Source: Desulfocapsa sulfexigens DSM 10523 (GTDB lineage Bacteria > Desulfobacterota > Desulfobulbia > Desulfobulbales > Desulfocapsaceae). From it: DNA of 32,000 nucleotides. The notes beneath the pieces are model-generated. The model was not told where the DNA came from and did no database searches. It was given only the letters and a program-made list of their open reading frames with translations. Location: positions 4,752 through 36,751 of the forward strand of contig NC_020305.1 in assembly GCF_000341395.1 (NCBI RefSeq), given 5' to 3'. Numbering within the stretch: the stretch's first letter is position 1; every line of letters begins with the position of its first letter. Below are positions 17,333-25,515 of this stretch, piece by piece. The translations under genes and the position numbers were made by a program.

Positions 17333-18364
17333 ATGAAGGGTTTTAGAAAAATCACCAAACGGCTATTTGGTAGAAAAAGTGCCAATCAGGCTGATTTTGG
17401 CATCATCGACGGAGAGGTGACGGATAATTGCGGTTCTATAGGGGAAGCCGTTGCTTTTGAAACGGAATTGGCGGAGTTTGAAGGTAAAACTATTGGGAAT
17501 CATAGCAATAGTTTTGGAAGAGAAGCGGAGTTCATTGAACCGGATCCACCAGCCGACGAGTTTAGGGAGCCGGTTCCGCCTGCGGAGCAAATTAATCCCG
17601 ATGAATGGGAGATACCGGAACCGTATCTTATCTATTTATCGGCCACCGGAAAGGCGAAAAGAACCATCCAGGAGTATCGCTGGGAATTGCTCTGGTGGAA
17701 CAGGCAGACCGCTCTTGCAAGGCTCACCCTCCAGGACATGGAAGGGATCATTCACAAGGTGCATCCTTCCACGGCCCGGCGAAAGGTTGCGGCAATCCGC
17801 TCTTTTGCGAAATGGCAGCTCCGGGAAGGTTCCGGACGGCTGCATGGTGAGGTAAGCCAGGTCATACTGCCAAAGACACCTTCCAGGATACCCAAGGACA
17901 GAGGAACGGATGAATTTATGGATTTGTCCAGGTGTGCCGTGGATCTGGTACGGGCCGGAGACAGAAGAGGGGTGTGGATTGGGCTTATGGGCTGCTGCGG
18001 CCTGCGGATCTCCGAGATACAGACCGCGGAACCGGCACCGGGTAAAACGATAAAGGTCATCGGGAAGGGAGACAAGGAAAGACAGATCCCTGCTCCGGCC
18101 TGGTTAATTGAAGCCCTGGGCTGTGACACATATAAGAGATGTTGGAAGAAGGGACGGCATCTGATCTGGTCTGAACTCAAAAAAATGGGGATCAGGAAAC
18201 CCCACAGCCTGAGACACACCTTTGCCAGCGAATTACGAAGAAAGGGTTATCCATTGGAAGAAATCAAAGTGTTGCTCGGACATAGCAAACTGGACACCAC
18301 TATGATCTATGCCAACGTAGCCCTGCCAAACGATATCACATCGAGGTTGGGGGTGGAGCATTGA
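17333..18364 (+). CDS. Tyrosine recombinase/integrase (XerC/D-like)
   Basis: C-terminal GLMGCCGLRISEIQTAE and HSLRHTFASELRRKGYPLEEIKVLLGHSKLDTTMIYANV (R-H-x-x-R...H...Y). Confidence 0.92.
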   Translation: MKGFRKITKRLFGRKSANQADFGIIDGEVTDNCGSIGEAVAFETELAEFEGKTIGNHSNSFGREAEFIEPDPPADEFREPVPPAEQINPDEWEIPEPYLIYLSATGKAKRTIQEYRWELLWWNRQTALARLTLQDMEGIIHKVHPSTARRKVAAIRSFAKWQLREGSGRLHGEVSQVILPKTPSRIPKDRGTDEFMDLSRCAVDLVRAGDRRGVWIGLMGCCGLRISEIQTAEPAPGKTIKVIGKGDKERQIPAPAWLIEALGCDTYKRCWKKGRHLIWSELKKMGIRKPHSLRHTFASELRRKGYPLEEIKVLLGHSKLDTTMIYANVALPNDITSRLGVEH

Positions 18365-18930
18365 GAAAAACACTCGTATGTTTTTTGATCGTCTTCCACG
18401 GTTCGGTGCTGGCTGCAGAGCCTGAAAATCCGGCAATCCCTGAATGGCATCTGGCAAAATCGACCATGAAAGAATGTTATGACGGCTGGGATGTGGAGGT
18501 GACGGTTTCCGGAGGATATGAAACCCGGTATTACGAGAATGGCCCGGTGGATGGGCCTTTCGGTAACGCCGTTTTAACGGTACCGCTCTATTCCAGAAAA
18601 GAACGGCTCTCCCGGCAGCAATCGATAAACAAGGAGATCGAGCATGTTGCAGAGCTGTATGCTGATTTTGAAGAACAGAGCGCTTCCTATATGGCGCTTT
18701 CAGAAGAGAAGGGCTTGCTCAAAAAAGTGATGATAGACACTGGAGCACAGGGGATCACGGCCTATTACGATCTGATGAAGGAAATCGAGAAGGCCCGGGC
18801 AAAGCGGAACAGCGCGGCACGAAAGATTATGATGATTCTGGAGAACTGTGGATATGTGGAAGCAGATAAAGTTGCTGGGCCGGGATCGGCTCTTGGCGGA
18901 AGAGATCAGACCACGCCTCAAGGAGGGTAG
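18361..18930 (+). CDS. Secreted/periplasmic hypothetical protein
   Basis: N-terminal signal peptide MRKTLVCFLIVFHGSVLAAE; ATG overlaps the recombinase stop. Confidence 0.65.
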   Translation: MRKTLVCFLIVFHGSVLAAEPENPAIPEWHLAKSTMKECYDGWDVEVTVSGGYETRYYENGPVDGPFGNAVLTVPLYSRKERLSRQQSINKEIEHVAELYADFEEQSASYMALSEEKGLLKKVMIDTGAQGITAYYDLMKEIEKARAKRNSAARKIMMILENCGYVEADKVAGPGSALGGRDQTTPQGG

Positions 18931-19669
18931 GGGCTTTGTCCTTACCGGCACCCATGGTGCAGGAAAAACCGCTATTCTGGAATGGATCAGCGTATTTCTG
19001 AAAAAAGATGTAACAACCATCAGTGCAGAGTGGACCGTCAAGGAAATGCTGGTCCAGATGTGCCTGGATTGGGCGGTGGAGGTCAGGGACGATGAAGGGG
19101 CAACCAGAGGCAAGACAAAATGGCAAGTGGCATGGATGGAACGGGCACTCCTGAAGGAGACCGATAAATGGTTAATCGTGGACGATATCCAGAAAGTGAC
19201 CCCCACCAAACTCCGAAGATTAAAACTGTTCCGGGATCGTGTGCGGATAATAGCCGCCGGAGTCCCGCCATTCCGACAGGAAGAACTGAAACGGCTCCTG
19301 TGGGGACTGCCGGCAATCCAGGTAAAACCCTTACCCACAGATGTCATGAACAGGATTGCCATAGCTGCAGCTCCTGTTCTGGAGTCACGAACACCAATAG
19401 GTGAGGCTGTCCATGCTTCCAGAGGGATACCTGGTCAATTGATTCATGCCCTGAGGGGTGAGGTTACCCCGGAGGCAAGAAAGGTGAGTGGGGAGGAGAT
19501 AGACCTCTCCCCACTGATCCTGATCGGCCTGGCCGGAGTGATGATAACCCGATATGTTGCCATCGGCCTTGAATCCACTTCTTTGTATATGCTTGGTGGT
19601 TTGGGTATGGGAATAGGTCTGATAGTGAGATTTTATCTATTCCGGGGGATGGAGGCACAGCGAAGATGA
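18848..19669 (+). CDS. AAA/STAND-like ATPase with C-terminal transmembrane hairpin
   Basis: GRGFVLTGTHGAGKTAILEWI Walker A, DKWLIVDDIQKVTP Walker B, C-terminal LSPLILIGLAGVMITRYVAIGL...LYMLGGLGMGIGLIVRFYLF. Confidence 0.75.
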   Translation: MDMWKQIKLLGRDRLLAEEIRPRLKEGRGFVLTGTHGAGKTAILEWISVFLKKDVTTISAEWTVKEMLVQMCLDWAVEVRDDEGATRGKTKWQVAWMERALLKETDKWLIVDDIQKVTPTKLRRLKLFRDRVRIIAAGVPPFRQEELKRLLWGLPAIQVKPLPTDVMNRIAIAAAPVLESRTPIGEAVHASRGIPGQLIHALRGEVTPEARKVSGEEIDLSPLILIGLAGVMITRYVAIGLESTSLYMLGGLGMGIGLIVRFYLFRGMEAQRR

Positions 19670-20529
19670 CCGGGCCAACACATATTGCCATAGCCCTTTC
19701 AATAGGCATGGTTGCCGGGGCCTCAAAAGTGCATCTGGGTCTGATCGCTGCAGGGGCGATACTTCCGGATCTGGATCACCCGCAGTCTTTTATCGGGCGT
19801 GTTTTCTTTCCGATTTCGATACCACTGAACCAATGGCTGGGACATCGAGGGGCCTTTCATTCCTTTTGGCTCTGGCTCCTGGTGTGTCTGGGTGGGTACT
19901 TCTGGACACCGGCATTTTTTCTTGGAGCAGGGGCGATTCTCCATATCTTGGCAGACTGCGGGACCGTTTCCGGAGTCCGGGCTCTGTCGCCCTGGTCGCA
20001 AAAGCTCTTTGTGGTCTTTCGCAGGTCCTGGAGAATCAAAAGCGGATCACCGCATGAAATACTGGTGCTCATATGTTTCGGGATGATCGCCTGGGGAGGC
20101 GGGTATATGGGAGCCGTGGGCGGTATCCGGGCCATGATCGGCCACGTCACCGGCGCACCCAAGATTATGATGGAGGAGTTTATCTCCAAGGGGCTGACGA
20201 AATGCAAGGTAAAAGGAAAATTCCGCTGGAACACCGGAGAGATTGAGGAAGGAGAATGGCTGATTATCGGCACAGAAGGGCAGACCGGCCTGGCAATGCG
20301 GGGCAAAGACAAGCTTATCCATATACCCAAGGACGGGAAGTTTCTAAAGGCAAGGTTGAAACCGTGTCCCAACAAATCAACCTGGGAACTGGTCCAGCTC
20401 AAGGGGTGGGCTGAGACTGAAAAAGATGTTTATTTCATGGATGGAAAAAAATGGCATATAGCACAAGAGGGAGAAGTGGTCTGGGGCCAGATTTTGGGCG
20501 ACAAGATCGAACTGGAGAGTCTTTTGTAA
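19666..20529 (+). CDS. YdjM-like membrane-bound metal-dependent hydrolase family protein
   Basis: MTGPTHIAIALSIGMVAG, AAGAILPDLDHPQS, HRGAFHSFWLWLLV, GAILHILADCGTVSGVRAL. Confidence 0.85.
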   Translation: MTGPTHIAIALSIGMVAGASKVHLGLIAAGAILPDLDHPQSFIGRVFFPISIPLNQWLGHRGAFHSFWLWLLVCLGGYFWTPAFFLGAGAILHILADCGTVSGVRALSPWSQKLFVVFRRSWRIKSGSPHEILVLICFGMIAWGGGYMGAVGGIRAMIGHVTGAPKIMMEEFISKGLTKCKVKGKFRWNTGEIEEGEWLIIGTEGQTGLAMRGKDKLIHIPKDGKFLKARLKPCPNKSTWELVQLKGWAETEKDVYFMDGKKWHIAQEGEVVWGQILGDKIELESLL

Positions 20530-20654
20530 TCTTCGCCCCCTTGGGAGAAAGGGTTATTGAAATGATCTTTTTTCAGGGAGAAAAGGGCGAAGCTGTTAAG
20601 AGGGCCAGGGTGTATGCTCCGGCTGGTAATTTTAAGATAGTGGAGAGATGAGGT

Positions 20655-20927
20655 ATGACAAAGAAGGAACTTGTTGAAGAAGTGGCAAAAGATGCGAAAA
20701 TCAGCCAGGCGGCAGCATTGCTGGCGGTTGATTCCATGACCAGGAATATAATGAAGGGATTGAAAAAGGGAGATCATGTTTCCTTGGTTGGTTTTGGCCG
20801 GTTTTCGGTGAAAGAGCGAGCGGCCAGGAAGGGGAGGAATCCGCAGACTGGTAAAGAAATCCAGATCCAAGCCCGAAAGGTTGTTAGGTTTACACCTGGT
20901 CAGCCATTGAAAGATGCCGTTAATTAA
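20655..20927 (+). CDS. HU/IHF-family DNA-binding protein
   Basis: MTKKELVEEVAKDAKISQAAALLAVDSM...GDHVSLVGFGRFSVKERAARKGRNPQTGKEIQIQARKVVRFTPGQPLKDAV. Confidence 0.95.
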   Translation: MTKKELVEEVAKDAKISQAAALLAVDSMTRNIMKGLKKGDHVSLVGFGRFSVKERAARKGRNPQTGKEIQIQARKVVRFTPGQPLKDAVN

Positions 20928-20941
20928 AAGAGGCTAAGGCT

Positions 20942-21229
20942 ATGTGTAGAGGAGATGTTGAGATATCATGTAATGACTATGACGAGTTGTTGAAGTGGGC
21001 AACGAAGTGGAATAAAGACCTTGCACAGAGCATTGAGCAAATCAGAATTGTAAAAAATAATAAAGAGGGGCACAAAACTGTTTTTCTTAGAAAAGAGGAC
21101 ATTACCAAGGAAGAAGCTGAAGCGTTTCTTGAATCACTGATGGAATCAGAGATATACGCCTATGATGAGAAAAGCTTAAAATACTTTTCTCATCTTGTTG
21201 AGGCATGGCGGCCTCTCGCTGAAGAATAA
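20942..21229 (+). CDS. Small hypothetical protein
   Basis: 95-aa ORF directly downstream of HU, acidic, no recognised motif. Confidence 0.4.
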   Translation: MCRGDVEISCNDYDELLKWATKWNKDLAQSIEQIRIVKNNKEGHKTVFLRKEDITKEEAEAFLESLMESEIYAYDEKSLKYFSHLVEAWRPLAEE

Positions 21230-21408
21230 TTGGTGTGGATACGCTAGATTCCCTTTGAACCGCTGCTGATGGATACAAACTTCCAGCTTCGACCATGTGC
21301 CCAGAAACGACATCTAGCCCAGATTCAGGTTAAAACTGTCACGGCTTTTACCACTTCCCGCTTTAGTTAGATAGAGTATCCGGGCAACAAACAAATATCA
21401 GTCTTGGT

Positions 21409-22017
21409 TCATTTATCTTTTTGGAATAATGCCATACCATCAGTACCTTTTGGTATGAATGCAACGTTTTCTGACAACTCTTCGTGCTCAATCTCAACTA
21501 CAGCTAAATAACCTGTATCCAATGTTAGCTTTTCCCAGACAGGAAAATATGGTGCTAATTCTGCGTAATTGCCAATTCTATCCGTAAGATATTGATACAT
21601 ATCCCTTGACGGTAGAATCAGAAGACCTCCTTCAAGAACATTTTCAAGTAGTCCAATGGCAAGCTTATTTACCGCCCTGTGGCTTGAAGAAATATTACCA
21701 GTTTCCCATTCTACAGCAAAATATTTACCGTTATTCAATTTAAGGACGGCATCAACCGGACCTGGTTTTATTCGAGCCCCAAGAGCCATCGGATGTTCTA
21801 ATATCCAACCCTGTTCTTCCAAGTGTATCATACAATTTGTTTTTATTGGCTTTACGCCATTTCCCTTTTTCACGGGATTCAGGGTGAATATGTCAGAATC
21901 GGGTGGCCATGAAACCTTTTTTATTGCATGATAAACATCGTGGAGCAGTGTTTCCAGCTCATCACTTTTTGGAAATGAACCCTTTGAAATTAAAACTTCA
22001 GTCCTCAATATTTTCAT
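21409..22017 (-). CDS. BamHI-like type II restriction endonuclease
   Basis: 202 aa; GPVDAVLKL...FAVEWETGNISSSHRAVNKLAIGLL, LILPSRDMYQYLTDRIGNYAELAPYFPVWE, FIPKGTDGM closely match BamHI (GGPIDVYK..., EFETGNISSAHRSMNKLLLGL, YYLTDRVTNFEELEPYFE, LIPKGSDGM). Confidence 0.95.
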   Translation of the reverse strand: MKILRTEVLISKGSFPKSDELETLLHDVYHAIKKVSWPPDSDIFTLNPVKKGNGVKPIKTNCMIHLEEQGWILEHPMALGARIKPGPVDAVLKLNNGKYFAVEWETGNISSSHRAVNKLAIGLLENVLEGGLLILPSRDMYQYLTDRIGNYAELAPYFPVWEKLTLDTGYLAVVEIEHEELSENVAFIPKGTDGMALFQKDK

Positions 22018-22237
22018 CTAGAATATCCTTTACCTTTTTTATCATTATATGAGGTTGCTCGTTTAATGCTTCGGCAATCTGTAATATTGATGTAAGAGAT
22101 GGTTGCCTTAGTCCACGCTCAAGAAGTGAGATAAAAGTTCTGTCTAGGTTTCCCATCAAAGCTAGTTTTTCCTGTGAAATTCCACGTGCATTCCTGATTT
22201 CCTTGAGAACCTTTCCGTAAACTTCTTCTGGTTTCAT
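21998..22237 (-). CDS. R-M controller (C) protein, HTH_XRE
   Basis: MKPEEVYGKVLKEIRNARGISQEKLALMGNLDRTFISLLERGLRQPSLTSILQIAEAL. The start at 22237 has an RBS (GGAGGG) upstream; the 3' end overlaps the restriction gene start. Confidence 0.9.
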   Translation of the reverse strand: MKPEEVYGKVLKEIRNARGISQEKLALMGNLDRTFISLLERGLRQPSLTSILQIAEALNEQPHIMIKKVKDILDENIED

Positions 22238-22296
22238 ATGAATCCCTCCAAATATAATATGGGCCAACTTACTCTCTTGACCGCACTTGGTCGACG

Positions 22297-22306
22297 GACT
22301 ATAGTC
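22297..22306. promoter_or_regulatory. Putative C-box-like palindrome GACTATAGTC in the C/M divergent intergenic region
   Basis: Perfect 10-bp palindrome with GACT/AGTC half-sites, near a second imperfect GACCgcacttGGTC at ~22279-22292. Confidence 0.55.
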
Positions 22307-22383
22307 TGCAAAGGTAAGGTTTGACTTTGTTTAACAAGTAGGGTTCAGTTGGAACAAATAAGAGAAATAACCAGGAAATTATA

Positions 22384-23637
22384 ATGAAAAGACAGAATGC
22401 ATTTTTTGAAGCACTTGGCGTTGATGCAACAAATAGTAAGGAGGTAACGCGACTTGCTGTAATTAGCGGCATTTCCGTTAAAAAACTTCGTTACTACAAT
22501 GAACATCACCTGATGCCCTCTGGCACTGAGTTGGAGAAGATCATAGAAACAACCAATGTAACTAAGTTGAAGCTTATGTTGAAACTTGGTTGTGTTGATC
22601 ATAATGTTGCAGGAATGCTAAGTGAACATGCTGATGAAATTATTACTCTTTTTGAAAAAGAGAAAAAACAAACAAAAGCCAAAAAAAGATTACAGCCTGT
22701 CTTTGAAACAAATCTAGGAAAGCTTTATCACGGTAATTGTATTGAAGTCCTGATGCAGATGCCAAGCAATAGCGTTGATATGGTCTTTGCAGATCCACCG
22801 TTTAATCTGAACAAATTGTATCCCTCTAACATAAATGATGACTTAAAGGCTGAACAGTATCTGGATTGGTGTGAAGATTGGATAGACGAATGTGTGAGGG
22901 TCCTAAAGTTTGGCGGAGCGTTTTTATTATGGAATTTGCCAAAATGGAATTCTGCTTTATCTAATTTTCTGAATGATAGATTAACTTTCAGGCATTGGAT
23001 TGCTACCGACATCAAATATAGATTACCGATTAAAGGTAGACTGTATCCTGCACACTATTCTTTGCTGTATTATATAAACGGAGACAAGCCTAAAACATTC
23101 CATCCTGATAGGTTGCCAATGCAGGTATGTCCAAAATGTAGTGGTGATCTGAAAGATTATGGTGGCTATAAAGCAAAAATGAATCCAGCTGGAGTTAATA
23201 TGTCTGATATCTGGATTGATATTCCACCAGTCCGTCATAATAAATATAAGCGTCGCGAGGGGGCCAACGAACTATCACTTAAACTGCTCGATAGAATAGT
23301 GGAAATGAGCACCGATGAGGGAGACATTGTCTTTGATCCTTTTGGTGGTTCAGGTACTACCTACATGGCCTCTGAATTGAAAAAACGTAAATGGATTGGG
23401 TGTGAAATCGGCCCAGTTGATGATATTGTTAACAGGTTTGACCACATCAACGAAGAGAGGGAAATTCTAAATAATTATCGTGATAATTTAAATAGTTTAT
23501 TTCCAAAGCAGATCTTAAAAAAAAGAGAAAAGGAAGGGCTATGGACCTGTGAATCTGTCAGAAGTAAAGCTGCATTAAAAATGTCTACAACTACCTACAC
23601 AGAAAACTCCATTCCCCAGCTTGCAAAGACCAAATGA
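22384..23637 (+). CDS. BamHI-type (beta-class, probable N4-cytosine) DNA methyltransferase with N-terminal extension
   Basis: LYHGNCIEVLMQMPSNSVDMVFADPPFNLNK catalytic region, later DIVFDPFGGSGTTYMASELKKRKWIGCEI SAM-binding motif. Divergent from C and R. The enzyme class is inferred from its R partner. Confidence 0.88.
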   Translation: MKRQNAFFEALGVDATNSKEVTRLAVISGISVKKLRYYNEHHLMPSGTELEKIIETTNVTKLKLMLKLGCVDHNVAGMLSEHADEIITLFEKEKKQTKAKKRLQPVFETNLGKLYHGNCIEVLMQMPSNSVDMVFADPPFNLNKLYPSNINDDLKAEQYLDWCEDWIDECVRVLKFGGAFLLWNLPKWNSALSNFLNDRLTFRHWIATDIKYRLPIKGRLYPAHYSLLYYINGDKPKTFHPDRLPMQVCPKCSGDLKDYGGYKAKMNPAGVNMSDIWIDIPPVRHNKYKRREGANELSLKLLDRIVEMSTDEGDIVFDPFGGSGTTYMASELKKRKWIGCEIGPVDDIVNRFDHINEEREILNNYRDNLNSLFPKQILKKREKEGLWTCESVRSKAALKMSTTTYTENSIPQLAKTK

Positions 23638-23852
23638 TTACAGGTTATACACAATCCGAGGTACGGAAAGTCCCCCCCGCACCCGCTCCGGCACGTCCTT
23701 TGCGTTTGTCTGCCCCGGTCGGCTGCAGCCCGGCAAACTGCCGCCGGTCTTCCGCTGCGCCCAGCTCAGCCAGCAAAGGCCCCGCCTCCACTCCTTCCGT
23801 GCAGGCTGCAGCGCTCCAGCTCCGCTTCAAGCCGGATCCCCGGTATCCCCAA

Positions 23853-24364
23853 GTTTCCAGCTTCGGCAGTGCACCTGGCAAAACAACACGCCAGGAGCCC
23901 TGCCTCTGTGCGTTCTGGTGGTAGACTCACCACCTGCTTAGTGTGGTGTCCACCGGCACATATTTTATAGCAGGCACAAAAAAATACTGCGCCCGCTATA
24001 AAAATGTGCGGAGGCCACACCCGATCCCGATCCGTGGCAGATCCAGGATCCTTTCTCCGGCCACGCACCCAGAAACTACACCTGGGAGCCTGTCCGGTAC
24101 CGGCTTTGGTGAGTAAGCCCAAGTCCTGCCTAAAGTGGTGTCCACCGCAAAAGCGCGGAGGCCACACCTGACACGGATTCCGGTTAAAACTGTCACGGCT
24201 TTTGCATCTTCCCGCTTCAATTAAATGGAGTTTCAGGGGCAAAAGCTCACGCCAGTTTTACCGGTAAGTGTCCGCTTGCGCGAATCACAGTGGACGCGGG
24301 ATACTGCCCCGCTTATGCCCCGGCCCGGTAAGTCAGATATGGGCAGGCATTCCGGGCCGGGGTA
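23853..24364. repeat. Left copy of a ~512-bp inverted repeat
   Basis: gtttccagcttcggcagtgcacctggc ... gtaagtcagatatgggcaggcattccgggccggggta is the near-identical reverse complement of 30411-30923. Confidence 0.93.
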
Positions 24365-24429
24365 TCTTTGGCCTGCGGCGCATGATAGAGGATCACTCCG
24401 GCCAGCACCGCCCCAGCCACCCGCCAGCA

Positions 24430-24554
24430 CAACCCCAAAACACAAACCGCCATAGCCCACCTGGTGCTGCAATGCAAGGTCGGTTGTCCAGTAGGGCACT
24501 CCACCTTGCATTGCAGCACCAGGCAGGCTTAAAGACATGGCGGTTTTGGGGTTG
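24430..24554. repeat. Nested long hairpin: 21-bp perfect inner arms (24460-24480/24503-24523) and outer bulged arms (24430-24453/24537-24554)
   Basis: cCTGGTGCTGCAATGCAAGGT vs ACCTTGCATTGCAGCACCAGg; outer caaccccaaaacacaaaccgccat vs atggcggttttggggttg. Confidence 0.85.
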
Positions 24555-25212
24555 CACTGTCGGGTTTGGCTTAGGGGCTCTTGCTTCTCCCGGCCTCCGT
24601 TCTGAAAGTTTGGCGTTGCACGCTCTGAAAAAGACAGATACCTCCGGTGGGGGGTTCCCTCTCAGGTTTGGCCAAAGTCCGTGCCAGTTCCGCCTGTCCC
24701 AGGGTATGTTTTTACTGTTTAGTACGCACTGTTTCCTTGCAATATGCGCCCTGTTTGGTATAATTATGTAAGCTAAAATATTTATTATATCAGGTGGTTT
24801 TATGGTTTCTTTCCCCTCCCGCACTTTGGCGCGTTGCTGGGCTGTTGCCTGTGGTGTCCCGGTTGCAGAGGCTGGGGCCGTTGTCTCCGGTCGCCCTGGG
24901 GCCTGGTCCTCGGTTCCCGGCCCTGCCGTCCAGGTTTCCTGCATGTTTTGCCATCGTTTGGGGCGGTGCGGCGGTTCACCTGGCGGTACCGGTTGCCGTT
25001 TCAAGCCCTCCCGCTGGTGGCCGGATCCGCGCTCCGGGCTGCCGGTTCAGCTCTCTCTTTTTCAATAAAAAAGTAACGAAAAGGTGTAAATAAACCTGTA
25101 CTTTGTGCGTCCTTTTATGTTAAAATTACATAAAGAGTAAGGGAAAGGCCCTTGCCACATATTTTTTTGTACAGAGTGCGTACATTTAGTACGCACAGCA
25201 AAGGAGGTTTTT

Positions 25213-25515
25213 ATGAATATGGCACACGAAATTACTCCGGAACAAATCACCCCTCGCTTTATCGCCGCCCTGGTCAAATGGCAGAAGAAAGGCCGCAGAT
25301 CCGTAGACGTCAAGATCCCGCCTCTTTGGTTTGACGAGGAAGGGGCTGTTTGTACCGTCTGGTGCTACGACAGCGATTTAATGGAAGGTCGCTTTGTTAC
25401 AAAAATTTCCGAGATCCCCACTACAAAACAGCTTGCCGAATCAAAGCGCCTGGCAATCGAAAAAGAAAGGGCCGAATTGCGGCAGAGATTAGCAGAAATG
25501 GAGGGCGAAAAATGA
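25213..25515 (+). CDS. Small hypothetical protein, first gene of the cargo operon
   Basis: 100 aa; RBS aaaggagg upstream of ATG; stop overlaps the next start (ATGA). Confidence 0.7.
   Translation: MNMAHEITPEQITPRFIAALVKWQKKGRRSVDVKIPPLWFDEEGAVCTVWCYDSDLMEGRFVTKISEIPTTKQLAESKRLAIEKERAELRQRLAEMEGEK

Noticed and set aside
23766-24242. 158-aa minus-strand ORF and its twin 30534..30986 (150 aa, plus strand)
   Set aside because: They are the same translation of the two inverted-repeat copies. The DNA is dominated by imperfect palindromes, peptide composition is odd (C/H/R-rich), and there is no recognisable domain. Treated as structured repeat, not CDS.
23945-24554. Possible integron attC array because of bulged hairpins of about 60-125 nt
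   Set aside because: No clear R'/R'' consensus pair (RYYYAAC/GTTRRRY) at the hairpin bases, no intI in the window, and no cassette-like spacing of genes.
24268-25004. Overlapping long minus-strand ORFs (24268..24771, 24393..25004) and plus-strand 24834..25076
   Set aside because: Several frames are open simultaneously in a GC-rich structured block, with low-complexity P/G/R-rich products and no RBS or domains. More likely a composition effect.
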